This document shows positions 28,545 through 41,064 of a stretch of DNA of 64,000 bases, piece after piece; position 1 is the first letter of the stretch, and every line of letters begins with the position of its first letter. Source of the DNA: Candidatus Marinacidobacterales bacterium (GTDB lineage Bacteria > Acidobacteriota > Vicinamibacteria > Marinacidobacterales > DATDRI01); NCBI GenBank assembly GCA_965219415.1, contig CBDCNP010000002.1, forward strand, positions 3,104,001 to 3,168,000, read 5' to 3'. The position numbers were made by a program, and so were the translations under genes. Below the pieces are notes generated by a model. It searched no databases. It saw only the letters and a program-made list of their open reading frames with translations, and had not been told where the DNA came from.

Positions 28545-31500
28545 TGTGCCTCCTCGACGATGAGCTTCGCGGGGACGCCTTGCCCGAAGACGTCGGGATC
28601 GTACATTTCTTCGGAATGGAGCGGCCCGATGTGAAACTCTCCGGGCGCGATGGCCTGCGCAACATACGAGAGATGGTAGTTACCGGCAGGCAGATACTCC
28701 GAGTAGAAACGGGCCGCGTGGTGACGAAGCTCTTGATGATAGAAGCTCCAACGGGAATACCCGTACGCGCGCCAGTCGCTATAGGTAAACCAATAGGAGC
28801 TCGCCGAGCGCTTGAACTCGCCTTTCTCGGCATCGCCCTCCGATGCGGTCGCAAGGTCCCGATTCACCGGCTCCAAGCCGCCGGGCACCGGATCGTCCAC
28901 CACCACGAAGTTCCGTGGCGCCGGGAAGGGAGATATAGAGATCGACTCGAACCAGTTCTCCGGTCCGAATCCTAATGGGATCTTCGAGAAGCACCCATTC
29001 GCCGTCACGCTCGACGCTGTACTCTCGTCTCACAACCATGCCGGAGTTGATGGGATCTTTCTTGAGCTCGATGGGTGAGTAGAAAAGCCGCGTCGCATAG
29101 TAGAGCCGGCCCGTCCCTTCCCTTTCGATCCGCACCGTGGCACCGCGGCCCGCATCACCGGACTGAATCGGCCGTTCCACTTCGCCAGCCGGATCACGGA
29201 GGTCGGTAAACTCGATCGACGGAAGCTCTTCGTCATCGAAGTACGTACGGATCGTCATCGCCGGTTCGTCTTTTTCGTAGGTTCCGCTGTAGTCGATGAG
29301 GGCGTTCATGCAGAACATGTTGTCCTGCGTGTTCTCCCAGCGATCGCGTCTCTTGCGCTCCTGGGTGATGGAGCGGGTAAGCTTGAAGGCAACGTCTTCC
29401 TCTCTCACCAAAGATGAGAGGACCGCGCAGTTGCTCTTCACCGGCGAATAGAGAATCCGTTGAAAATCGACGTCGATGCTCTCACTGAACGTGAATTTTC
29501 CACCCGATTGATTGGAGTGTGCGAGGATGTCGCTCCTGACCTCGGCTTGCAGTTCGGCATCTGCGCCGAGCTCCACCGAGGCGAGCAGGTAGTGTGCCTT
29601 ACCGAAGAGATCCATCTCCGCGACGTGGCGGCGGTAGCGTTCGATGTCGGAAAGGTTGACCCTGCCTGCGGGGGCCAAAGCGGCCAGAGCCACCGCGCGG
29701 ACGCTCGACGCCATTCCCTTGGTAAAGAAGTCCGGAAACACATCCGTCCGCAGCAAATTGAGGAGATAACCCTGGAGTTTTCCCTCCACACCGGCGGGGA
29801 TAGTGTGACCGCGGTGGCGGAGCCAGTTGAAGGCGAGAGCGGTGTAGGCGCTCAAGTAGGGACTCACGTACTGATCTTGAGGACGATAGTAGACCATGCC
29901 ACCGTTCGGGGCTTGATAGTTGGCGGCGAGTCCAAGCGTGATATCGGGAAGCTCCTGGTGTCCCTCCCACTCCATGTCGTCGGGCAGATAATCTCGCAGG
30001 TGGGCGAAGTGGGAAGCCATGACGCCCTTGGTCAACTTCTGCTCCCAGCAAAAGTACGGGTAGTCGCGCATGTAACGAAACGCACCGTCCACTCCCCCGA
30101 TGACCGACGGGCTTAAGACCACACTCACCCGGCCCACGTCGGTCCGTATCCCTTCCGGGAACAGAATCGACTCGGTGACTTCGTCTCCGATCGTGGTGCC
30201 GTAGTTGGCGGCCGCTTCCAAGGCGGTACGCTTTCTGACCTCGAGCCCGTGCCGAAGGGCGTCGCCGTCTTCGATGTCACCGGCGCGGATGGTGAAGAAG
30301 AGCTCTCCATCATTGATAGTGCGAACCGGGAAGACGATGGGATAGCGCTTGAACGGCTCGGTCTCGATGCGGAGGCCTTCGAGACCGGGGGACTCGGCCG
30401 GGCCCTCGACTTTCGCGTCGATGATTAATGTTCGCTTGAACTCGGTCCGGTTCATGACCGTGAAGCGGGCATCGAAGTGATCGCCTTCGGTCACTTGATT
30501 GGGAAGGGCCGGCCGCAGCTCGGTGGGCTGATTGACGACGAACGTGCCATCCCCCAACCCCATCAGGTCGTTTTTGGTCACGGCGATCGCCAGGACTCGC
30601 CAGCCGGTCAGGTTGTCCGGTGCTTGGAACTCGATTTGAGCCCGACCTTCGCTGTCCGTCCGCACAGAAGGGTTCCAATAGGCCACGAACTTGAAGACCG
30701 ATCGCATGTCGAGACCGGAGGCACCACCCCCTCCTGGGCTCGCGCCCTTCTTTTCGAATTTCTGTATTCCAATCAGCCGCGTCAGGAGGTTGTAGTTTTG
30801 GACATCGAGCTGCTCGAGCTCATAGAAGCCTTGGTAGGGGTCGAAGTAGCGTTTGCCACCTTGAATGAGATCGAAGACCGCCTCATCGAGAACCGCCACC
30901 GCGACCTCGATCGCCGGGGACCCACCGTCGGTCATGACGGCGTGACGCGGGCGGGCCACGAGATCGACTTGCACCGTCTCGCGAGGACGGAACTTTTCGC
31001 GTTTCGGTGTCACGTCGACGACGATCTCTTTGTAAGGGTCACGGACCGGAACACGGACGTAACCCATACGAAAGGCGGGTTTCCCAAGATCCACATCGTC
31101 GTCGCCGAGCGGAGCTTCGACCCGAGGCAAGGTCACGACGGCCGAAAAGTAAAAGCCGGGGAGATGATCGGGGGTTACTTCGAACTCGATGAGCTCGCTG
31201 CTGTTCTCGAGAACCTGGGTCCAGCTTCGCTGCACACCGATGCGCTCGATGGTGAAGAGCGCCTGTGCGCCCGGGAACGGGTTTCTAATGAGGAAACGCG
31301 CGGTGTCACCGACACGATACTCCTCTTTTTCCGGTTCTATGGGCAGGTGGTGTCCCGGTGGGGCCTCCCATAGGACCCGTCCCTTGCCAACGCTCCAACG
31401 TGTCAGCGAGCTCGCATGCTGTCGCCCGAGCGTATCGGTGACTTCCGCGGTGAAGCGATAGAGGCCCGATTTCTCCGGCGCGACCTCACAAGCGAGCGGA

Positions 31501-34183
31501 TCTTCCGTCGAGCTCTCCTCACAGCGTGCCACTTCCACCCAGTTGTGAACGTACTGAGTGAGGTAAGCGTTACCGGCTCCCTTGACGCGAGAGGCCTTGG
31601 TCTCGCGATGCTCGATGCGGATCGTGACGTCCGTTCCTTCGATGACTCGTTCCTTATCGTCGACCACGATTGCAAAGACCTCGCTCGGCTCGCCTTGCTC
31701 GAGTATCCAGTTCGATTGACGGATACCGACGTAGCGATCCCTAGCGGCCCACGTTGCGCCGGCACGTCCGCTCACGTACTTGCCACGATCATCACGGACC
31801 GAGCTCTCGAAGCGTAGACGACCATAGACGATGCGCGAATCGGCGAGCGGCCGGTCTCGAAGAAAAAGCTCGCCGTCTTGGGATCGCTCGGCTTCAGCGC
31901 GGTCGATCGCAGAGAAATCGTAACGCGGCTCTGGGCGTCGGCGTAGGGGCCACCGGCGTGGAGGTTGGCGCTCGTTGTCACCGTGACCGCATCGCCGGGA
32001 TGAAAGAGCTCTCCGTCGATATCGGTCGTCACTCGAAAGGGGGCCGGCGTGAAGTCCGCAACGAGAACCCGCATCGGGTACCACGTGGTGTTGTCGATAA
32101 AATCGGCGGTGAGGCGGAAACTGTACCATCCGACGGCAGCGGTATCGGGGACTCCGAAGTCTCCGGCGAAGTTGCCAAACGAGCTCAGCACGAGGTCTTT
32201 GACTTCATGAACCAGCTTGTCGGTCGGGTCGTAGACCTGAAGGGTGTAGCCCTTGGTTGGAGCGGGAACGAAATTTTCATTACTCTGATCGCGCACGTAG
32301 ATCTTGAACTGGACGGTGTCGCCCACGCGGTAGACACCCTGCGCGGTGGTTCCCCATGTGGCGATGTGCCCAAACCGCCGGCGATAATTAGTCGGGATCC
32401 AGGAGTTATTCGGTCCCTCGGCGCGGGCCATGAAGTCTCCGCTAAGGGGGGTGAGCGCCATTTCACCGTCTTTGTCGACGCGAACGAAAAGCATCGGATC
32501 CGGGGACGGGCCTCCCAACCGACGACCGAGCCCCAATGGAAGAGCTCGAGCTTGGGATCGATTTCCGTGGTTCCATCGAGCACTGCCAAGCCCGTCGCGT
32601 CGGTCGCGGCTTCACTCAAGATTGCAGGCTCCGCGCCGAGCTCTCTCACGATTCCGGAATACAAAGTCACCCGGGCGCCCTCGACGGGGAGACCGCTCTC
32701 GAGATCCGTCACCCAGACCGCGGTGTTTCGATGTCCGACTTTCGAGTGCACCTGGAACGGACTCACGGTAGAGAAAAACCAAGGACGGTCGTTGCTCGTA
32801 GCTGGAGTTCGATTCGATGTTCCCCAGTAGTGCCCCGGACCCGCCGCCAAGCCATTCGCGCACGTCGAGCGGGATCCCGTAGGCAATGTTGCAGACTTCC
32901 GGTAGGGTTTCGCTCACCGTCGACTGCACCACCCCTCCCGGCGTCACGCCGTTGAATCTGGCGCGTACCTCCTCGAGGTTGGTCACCGTGACCGGGACGT
33001 GCGTCTCGACCTCGGTCTCGAGAACCGAAACTGGGTGAGTAAGGACGAAACGTGGCGGACGATCGTCGGTAAGGAAAGTCAGATCGATGTCGGCGGGCAA
33101 GGACCTGCCGAACTCGTCTTTCAAGATCTCCCGCCTCGGCCTTCAGCTTGTACTCGGCCCGCGACTTCAAGGTCCCCGGAAGTTGCACCCGGTACTCTTG
33201 ATCCTTTCGCCGTGGCCGATTGAGTCGGGAGTAGCTATAAACGTTGTCCCACGGATCGAAGTCGTCTCGGCTCCCTGCCAGATCCGGCTCTACTAATAGA
33301 TGATCGCGCAGCACCTCCTTGATGACCGGTGAGGAGAACAGTAAGACGGCGCCTCGCATCGGGTTACAGGCTCGCGCGGTACGCACCAAGGCGCTCGGTG
33401 GAACAAGGATCGATTCCCCATCGTTGTCGCGGCAACGGACTCCCAGGAAGCGATGCTCGGGGAAGGTGAAAAACTCGACGACTGTCTTGGCCTTCTACGC
33501 TCGGCTCGGGTCCCAGCTTGGATTCGAGACCCGGCTCGACCTTCAAATGAACCCGGGTGTTGAGAGGAAGCTCGCGCACCGGTTCCGCGATCCAGTTGTC
33601 AGCGTGGTTCTGGACGCTTGTGGGCGACATCGCAAGAGCGACTCGCTCGCCTCCGGGAAGCTCCAGATACAAATGCTGTCCGAGCGATGCCGCTTCCACC
33701 GGCTGGTTGAGGTTCAGAAAGATCTCCGGAGTGCCCGGACTGTGCCAGGTGCGAAAGTTCGCGTACTGTACCGCGGGACGTTGGGTCGTGAACTCGTGGG
33801 TCTCGTCGGCAGGGAGCCGGCTTCCATCTTGAGCGGTAAGCGTCGGTGCAACGTCGAGTACATACCTTGTTGCCGGCGCCATGTCGTCTTCCCCGAGCTG
33901 GCAAGCGAGAGCCGACGTACTGATCCATCGCCACTCGCACTCGAGTGAAGGCTCGATGGTTATGGGAATCTCACTGGGATCCCGATCCATTCTGCCGATC
34001 GGTACCACCGGGCGGTCGAACTGGAAGACAATCTGTCGGCCGGGTGGGACGTCCTCGCCGGCGGGCGTGACGGAGAGCAGCTCGAGGGGGCCCTGCGCCG
34101 CGCCGACGCCCGGCCCGAACAAAAATTACCAGGACGGCGGCGACACTAATCGCGAGAATCCGAGCCAGAGTGGGAAAGCTCAT
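28541..34183 (-). CDS. Bacterial alpha-2-macroglobulin with thioester motif (multiple frameshifts)
   Basis: About 1880 codons over several frames. Motifs YRVGDTVQFK, PDNLTGWR, YPYFCWEQ (30039-30050), NTQDN, VVDDPVPGGLEPVN and EEMYDP. Confidence 0.88.
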
Positions 34184-34356
34184 GTTTCCAAGAGAAATTA
34201 AGTTGTTTGTGGAACCCTTTCTATTGTAGCACGATCGATGCGATTTCCGGGAGAACACATCCATCCCCGTGCATCTGAAGACACGTTTCGGTTGGATCGT
34301 CTGACAAGCTCACCCTATAGGGCAGTCGGGATTGGAGGGCTTTGGACGGGGTGAAA

Positions 34357-35150
34357 TCAGTGAAAGACGGCAGCCTCGCCTTTTTCGGCGATCGTTGCTT
34401 CCACGTGCTCGACCAAGGCATCGCGCCGCATCGCGATGGCGTCGACCTGTTGCCGCAGCAGCAAACGATCCAGGCGGATCTCGAGGCTCATCGATTCGAT
34501 CTCTTTCATCTTCTGCACCAAGTCGGGGTCGAATCGCATCGGTAGTTTGTCTGGATCTCTGTCGAGCTCCTGTGTGCTCATGAACGCCTGCGAGTGGTCG
34601 ATAAGAACGATGTTCCACTTCCCATCCACCATGAAGTCACGCGAGCTGCGGTGGGCGTTGCTGATGAGACTATCGAAGAGCCTCATGCGGGAGAGCTCCT
34701 TTTCCCATTCCGCCGAATCGGGGACTTGGTCTTGCATATCCTCGTACATTTTGCACCCGTTCACCCAGAGTTGAAGGGATCCCATTTGGCCACCGATTTC
34801 TCGAACGACCGTTGGGTGTACCATTCCTAACTCGAGAAAACGGTCGAGCTTATAGGCGGCGACTTCTGCCTGATAGCTCTCCCAGCCCCACTCCTGGCGG
34901 CCCGCGTTGGATCGGTTTCCAGACCGCATCGATGGTGCGGCCCTCGTCCTTCAGCGTCACCTTTCTGGGTTTGTTCCGCCCGCTACCGAGATCCTTTCAT
35001 GGACACGATCTCGCCGCTCCTCAGGATTTTCTCGTAATCCCGCGGGCTATCGAGCCAGGTCTTGGACGACTCTTGACCAGCCTGAGCAAGCTGAGCGACC
35101 GCCACCAGGCCCAGCAGGGCGAAAAGAATAGGAGGGCTCGGTTTCATCAT
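34357..35150 (-). CDS. Secreted atypical kinase-fold (PI3/4K-, Fam20/HipA-like) protein, frameshifted
   Basis: Signal peptide; EVAAYKLDRFL, PTVVR, GSLQLWV, FDSLISN.HR and LIDHSQAF. Confidence 0.55.
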
Positions 35151-35259
35151 GGCCTGTTCCCTCCAGGAGGACGGGTGCCTGAAAAGAATAATGTGGTAAA
35201 AGCGGAAAAGCAATCCGCTCTTTGACTTTTGAGCGGGCACCGGGCTATTTTCAACTGGC

Positions 35260-36397
35260 ATGTCCGTCACCCGCGGCACACGACTCGGTTCCTACGAAAT
35301 CCTCGACACCATTGGCTCTGGCGGGATGGGCGAAGTCTACCGGGCACGCGACACCAAGCTGGGGCGAGACGTTGCGATCAAAGTTCTCCCCGAAGATCTC
35401 GCGTCGGATCCGGAGCGACTGCGGCGCTTCGAACAGGAAGCCCGGTCTGCCTCGGCGCTCAATCACCCCAACATTATTACCATCTACGATATAGGTGAGG
35501 AAGCCTCCCTCCACTACATCGCGATGGAGCTCGTCGACGGAAAGACGCTGCGGGAGATCCTGTCGGACGGACCGCTCCCCTTCCGCCGACTCCTCGCGTT
35601 AGCCTCCCAGGCAGCGGACGGTCTGGCGAAGGCGCATGCCGCGGGAATCGTCCACCGCGATCTCAAGCCCGAGAATCTAATGGTGACCGAGGATGGCTTC
35701 GTCAAGATCCTGGATTTTGGGACTCGCGAAGCTCGATCCCGAAGCCAAAGAAGCGAATTCGCAAATCGCATGCGAGCCATCGAGCTGGACCCCAGTTCTT
35801 CTCCCGCACGTCACCGATACGCGAACTACTTATGGACGATGAAGCGGCTGGATGAAGCCGCCGAACACCTGGAGAAAGCCCAGGATTTGGATCCCCTCTC
35901 ACTCATGATCGCTGTGGATCGGGCCCGCACACATTACTTCTCCGGGGAATATGACCGGGCCGTCGAGGGATATCAAGAAATCCTCGCCTTGGATCCAAAT
36001 TTCCACCGTGCGCGGACTGTTCGTGGGAATCTCTTACGAGCACCTTGAGATGTATGAGAAAGCGGTTGCGGAGATTGCCACCGTATTTCGGCGTGCGGGC
36101 GCTAACCAGACTGCTTCCGCAATAGAGAAGGCCTACGCCGAATCGGGTGACCTGGGGGCGCTGAGAGCGTGGGCCGATTCATTGAAAGCCGCCCCGCGCG
36201 GTGGTGCGCAACCGACGAGCATCGCGATGATCTACTGTCGCCTGGGAGATAAAGAACGGGCGTTCGAGTTCCTAGAACAAGGCTACCAAGAACGAACGCG
36301 AGGCCTGGTGTACCTTCAGGTAGAACCGCAGTACGATCCGATCCGCAGCGATCCGAGATTCCAGGACATGCTAGCTCGAATGAATTTCCCGAAGTGA
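35260..36397 (+). pseudogene. Ser/Thr kinase-TPR protein with a large internal deletion
   Basis: The kinase N-lobe through DFG is joined near 35770 directly to TPRs (RAIELDP, LDPLS). C-terminal YDPIRSDPRFQ. Several frameshifts. Confidence 0.8.
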
Positions 36398-36419
36398 TAC
36401 CAAGAAAGGAGCAGGGCCA

Positions 36420-36836
36420 GTGATGAAGACATTCCATGTGTTGGGGGCAATTGCCCTTCTGTTCGGACTCGTTTCGTGCCAACCCGCGCAGCAGGCGCAG
36501 CAAGCTGAGCCGGCGGAGCCTCCCATGAAAGAGGAACCCGTCAAGCTATCACCTGCTGAGCAAATGGAGAAAATCAATGCGGCGCTCGACGACACCAAGT
36601 CCGAGCTGGCCAACGCCGGCAAATACAGCTGTTGCACCTTTCCGAGCTGCAATTGGTGCGCTCTCCACGAAGGACAATGTGCCTGCTACCCGAACGTCGA
36701 GGCCAAGAAAGAGGTCTGCCCCGGATGCGGTCTCGGTTGGCACAATGGCAACGGAATGGTGGATGGCTTTACGGCCAAGGATGTGAAATGGAACATCACG
36801 CATGAGCATCCCGCTGAGGGAGGTCACGCCCACTGA
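36420..36836 (+). CDS. Cys/His-rich lipoprotein
   Basis: RBS AAGGAG; lipobox LVSC; CC-x4-C-x2-C-x6-C-x-C-x10-C-x2-C; tail THEHPAEGGHAH. Confidence 0.75.
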   Translation: MMKTFHVLGAIALLFGLVSCQPAQQAQQAEPAEPPMKEEPVKLSPAEQMEKINAALDDTKSELANAGKYSCCTFPSCNWCALHEGQCACYPNVEAKKEVCPGCGLGWHNGNGMVDGFTAKDVKWNITHEHPAEGGHAH

Positions 36837-36847
36837 GGAGGTTAACG

Positions 36848-37483
36848 ATGAAAACCAAAGTGGCAAGTGTATTCGTGGGACTATTGGTCGTGATGGCGAC
36901 CCACCTGGGCGCACGCGCGGAAACGCAGCAGCCACGAGCCAAATCGGTCAAGAAAGATCTTACCGCGGTGGAGCCCGATCCGAACGACACCAAGGTCTTC
37001 CCTCTCTACTCGTGGAATCAACGGCTCCCCGGGACCAAGCGTTTCGAACTGGTCTTCAACGGTAGTGGAGTACTCGACCGAGAGACCGGGTTGGTATGGC
37101 AGCGCTACATCGGTGGGAGTCACGATGGTCTTAATTGGCAGGGTGCGCTGCAGTATTGCTGGCAAGCCCAATCTGGAAAGCGTATGGGATGGCGTCTTCC
37201 TACCGCGGAGGAGTTCACCAGCCTTTTGGAGGTTGGTGGGCGGACCGGTCGAGAACCTCGGCTACCAGCCGGCCACCCGTTCAAGTCCGACAAGGGACAA
37301 AACTTTCGGGGTGGCGGTGTTTTTTGGTCGAGCAGCCGATTCCTGCCCCCCCACGAATCGAGCGTCAGGGAGATCGTGATGCAGTGCGGTACATATGACG
37401 GTTACAACGGCTTTCCGTTCTCCACCGTCAGCACCATGAAGGGCTCGGTGTGGTGCGTACGCGGAAACAACAACTCCAACTAA
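36848..37483 (+). CDS. DUF1566 (Lcl C-terminal-like) secreted protein
   Basis: VLDRETGLVWQR, W.GALQYC, GWRLPT.EE.SL, FWSS and WCVR. Confidence 0.85.
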   Translation: MKTKVASVFVGLLVVMATHLGARAETQQPRAKSVKKDLTAVEPDPNDTKVFPLYSWNQRLPGTKRFELVFNGSGVLDRETGLVWQRYIGGSHDGLNWQGALQYCWQAQSGKRMGWRLPTAEEFTSLLEVGGRTGREPRLPAGHPFKSDKGQNFRGGGVFWSSSRFLPPHESSVREIVMQCGTYDGYNGFPFSTVSTMKGSVWCVRGNNNSN

Positions 37484-37492
37484 GTGATCGCC

Positions 37493-38335
37493 ATGGCAAA
37501 GAACAGAGTAGAAAACAAGGTAAGTCTCGACAACCCGGACATCAGCCAACCGAATCGCAAGAAGATCAAGAACAAAATCTATGAGAAGGTCCTCGCCGGT
37601 TTCCAAGTAGAGCTGGTCAAGCTTCAGAAGTGGATCAAGGACAAGGGCCTCAAGGTCGTCGTGATCTTCGAGGGCCGAGATGCGGCGGGCAAGGGTGGCT
37701 CCATCCGACGCATTACGCAAAGTCTCAATCCGCGCATCTGCCGGGTGGTGGCGCTCGGGACGCCCACCGAGCGAGAGAAAACGCAATGGTACTTCCAACG
37801 CTACGTCGCTCACCTCCCGACCGCGGGAGAGATGGTTCTCTTCGATCGAAGCTGGTACAACCGGGCGGGCGTCGAGCGGGTGATGGGGTTCTGTACCGAG
37901 GAGGAGTATCAAGAGTTCCTCCGTTCCGCACCGGAGTTCGAGCGCATGCTGGTTCGCTCCGGCGTTCAGGTCATCAAGTACTGGTTCTCGGTGAGCGATG
38001 AAGAACAGGAGCGTCGGTTCAAACAGCGCATCAAGGACCCCATTCGCCGCTGGAAGATCAGCGAGATGGACTTGAAATCGCGCGGGAAATGGGTCGAGTA
38101 CTCGATGGCCAAGGACGAGATGTTCAAATACACCGACATCAAGCAAGCGCCCTGGTTCGTCGTGCTTGCGGACGACAAGAAGCGGGCCCGACTCAATGTA
38201 ATCGCTCACTTGCTAGATCAGATTCCCTACAATGAGCTCAAGGACCCCAAGATCAAATTGCCGGATCGCCAGGAGAACGTCGGTTACGTTCGGCCGCCGA
38301 TCACCGAACAGACTTTTGTTCCCGAAGTGTACTAG
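37493..38335 (+). CDS. ppk2: Polyphosphate kinase 2
   Basis: FEGRDAAGKGG, WYFQRY, FDRSWYNRAGVERVMGF and DDKKRARLN. Confidence 0.95.
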   Translation: MAKNRVENKVSLDNPDISQPNRKKIKNKIYEKVLAGFQVELVKLQKWIKDKGLKVVVIFEGRDAAGKGGSIRRITQSLNPRICRVVALGTPTEREKTQWYFQRYVAHLPTAGEMVLFDRSWYNRAGVERVMGFCTEEEYQEFLRSAPEFERMLVRSGVQVIKYWFSVSDEEQERRFKQRIKDPIRRWKISEMDLKSRGKWVEYSMAKDEMFKYTDIKQAPWFVVLADDKKRARLNVIAHLLDQIPYNELKDPKIKLPDRQENVGYVRPPITEQTFVPEVY

Positions 38336-38364
38336 GAAGAAGAGACCATCTTAGAGGAGACCGG

Positions 38365-39005
38365 ATGTCCCAATTGAAAAACTTGCGCACTTCCCTTGTT
38401 CTCGTAGCCCTGCTTGCCGCCACGCCTTCCTTCGCCGGCGACGGCGAAATCACCGGCTTCATCGGAGGACTTCTCGGCGGCGACCTCAACGCGCTTGAAG
38501 CAGGAGATGTCGTGAGCTCGTTCGAGAACGGTCTCGTCTACGGGGTTCGAGGAGGCTGGTACGGACACCCGTTGGCGGTGGAAGGAAGCTTTGCGTACGC
38601 CCCAAGCGGATTGACGGGCGTCGTCGAAGACAACGTCTTCGCCGTGGACACGCGTGTAACGTATCTCGACGCAAACTTTCTCCTCATTATCCTACCCACC
38701 GCAGTCTCGCCCTTCGTGACTGGCGGCGTGGGCCTTCAGAGCTTCGATTTTCAGGGAGACATCGCGCCAGCCGCGCTCTTCAGTGTGGACTTGGTGACGG
38801 TCAACAAGTTCGGCTTTAACTTCGGCGCTGGGGTGAAAGCCAATATCAAGAGGATGACACTGCGACTAGATATCTGCGATCATCTGACGACTTTTACCCA
38901 GGATGACTTCGGCCTGCTCGGGCAGATCGCCGAGATCGCGGGAATCACCTTCGACGAGACGGTTCACAACGTGGAGGTCTCGTTCGGAGGGGGATTCGAT
39001 TCTAG
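38365..39005 (+). CDS. Outer-membrane beta-barrel protein (OmpA-like membrane domain)
   Basis: Signal peptide, amphipathic strands (SPFVTGGVG, FGFNFGAGVK). A 1-nt indel in the G run near 38990 would give the terminal ...GIRF-TAG(39005). Confidence 0.7.
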
Positions 39006-39141
39006 AGCAATCGCGACGCAGATGAGCGGTTCGATGTTCACACCGAAACCGGAACGGTCCCTCAGAAGACTCGAATTCATTTTTCTTTTAGTGTAACAGC
39101 GGTGGAACTTCTGACCAACCTTCGGCGTTATAAGTAGTGTT

Positions 39142-39381
39142 ATGGGAAATCTCGTGAAAGACCTCAAGTACGGCTTGCGGATGTTGCTCGCCCACCCTGG
39201 CTTCTCGGCGCTGGCGGTGCTCTCGTTGGCCCTAGGCATCGGCCTCAATACGACCATCTTCAGTATCGTCAACTCGGTGCTGCTCCGGCCGGCGCCGGTG
39301 GTGAAACCTGACGAGCTCGTCGAGATCTACTCGCGCAGTTCCGAGGGGTTCGAGTATTCAACGACTTCTTACCCCGGGTAA
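39142..39381 (+). pseudogene. ADOP/MacB-type ABC permease, N-terminal stub
   Basis: DLKYGLRML...[29 protein letters not shown]; ends at a junction. Confidence 0.8.
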
Positions 39382-40903
39382 CAAGGGTGGGTTAAAGCTC
39401 ACGCCGCTGACCGACTCTACACCCGGGAGCGAGCCGAGCCGCCGCGACAACTCTTGGAAGTGCGAAATACGCTGGTGGGGTTCGGCAAAGGACTCGCCGC
39501 GAAGTGAACTCCGAGCATTGAGTATCGGCTCGATGTCGAAGCCGGCGTCGAAGCTCTTGAGGTTCCGGAAGCTCTGGATCATCAATCCCGCACCCACCAT
39601 CAGGACCAGCGCGAGGGCGACCTCGGCGACCACGACGCTATTGCCGAATCGACGAGCCCCTCGTGAGAAGGCGGGGCTGCGCCCTCCTTGCTTCAGGGGA
39701 TCGATGAGATCGATTTTGCCGGCTTGCCGAGCCGGCGCCAGACCGAAGGCAATGCCGGTGAGCAGTGATACCCCCACCGTAACCAGCAAAACGGTGGGGT
39801 CGATACCCACGTGCTCGAGAAAGGGCACCGCGCCGGGTGGAACAATTTGCAACAACGGCCGGAGACCCCAAGCCGCGAGCGCCACGCCGATCCCACCACC
39901 GAGGCCGGCCAGCAATACGCTTTCCGTCAAGAGCTGTCGAGCCAACCGCAGGCGGCTTGCCCCGAGCGCGGTACGCAAAGAGATCTCTCGCGAACGCTCC
40001 GAAGCCTTGGCCAAAGTGAGATTCGCCACGTTGGCGCAAGCGATGAGCAGCACGAAACCGACCGCGGCCAGCAGGACCAAGAGCGTCGGCCGGATGCCAC
40101 CGATCACTTCGTCGCGAATGGGCGTGATGCGAACGCCCCAATCGGTGTGCGTCGCCGGGAAGTCCGCCGACAGCCGCTCGGCCACTGTACTCATTCCTGC
40201 CTGGGCTCGAGAGAAGCTGGTCCCGGGCCGGAGACGACCGTAAACCGCGAGACCCCGAGTGCTCCGTTGGTTATCCTGTCCGTCCAGCACCAGCGGGACC
40301 CAGAGATCGGGTTGCACCGCGAAGATATGAACACTAACGAAGTCCTGTGGCATGACACCGACGACGGTGTAGGGCTCGTCATCCAAAAGGATCGTCTCGC
40401 CGGTGACGCCCTCATCCCCGCCGAGTATCCTTTGCCAAAGGGGATAACTGATGATCACCACTCGATCCTTGCCGGCATGCTCCTCTTCCGGCATGAAGAC
40501 ACGACCGAACATGGGCTTCACTCCAAGGAGGTCGAAGTAATTCGAGGTGACCTGATGGGTGAGCGGCACCAAGGGCTCGTCGCGCATAGAAACCCGGAGG
40601 CTGTTGTTGAAGATGGCGGCCAGTTCGGTGAAGGCGGGGTTGGCCTCTCGCCAGGACAAGAAGTTGCCCGGCGAAACGGGGACGCGGTTCGTCCCTCCTC
40701 TCGCCGTGGCGTCTTCCCACAGCATGACGACGTCTTGCTCGTCCTGATAAGGGAGCGAGTGCAGGAGAACACCGTTGACGACACTGAAGATGGCGGTTGG
40801 CACCGATGCCCAGAGCGAGCGACAAGACCGCGGCCCCGGTGAACCATGGACTCCGGGCGAGCGTACGAAGTCCATAACGAAGGTCTTGGACTAAATCCCC
40901 CAT
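39369..40903 (-). pseudogene. ADOP/MacB-type ABC permease, C-terminal part lost, frameshift near 40797
   Basis: [44 protein letters not shown] and EVALALVL. Confidence 0.85.
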
Positions 40904-41064
40904 CTTGTCCCCTTCATCCCGCCATCATCGAAGTCAGGCTCCCGATTCCTCGATTTCGCCATCATGGCACAAGCCTCGGTGGCTCCCAAGTTACGCGACG
41001 ATGCAAGATTGTACGAACCTTGGGTCGCGTGAATACGTAATGGCCCAGTAAGGAACTCGAGCCC

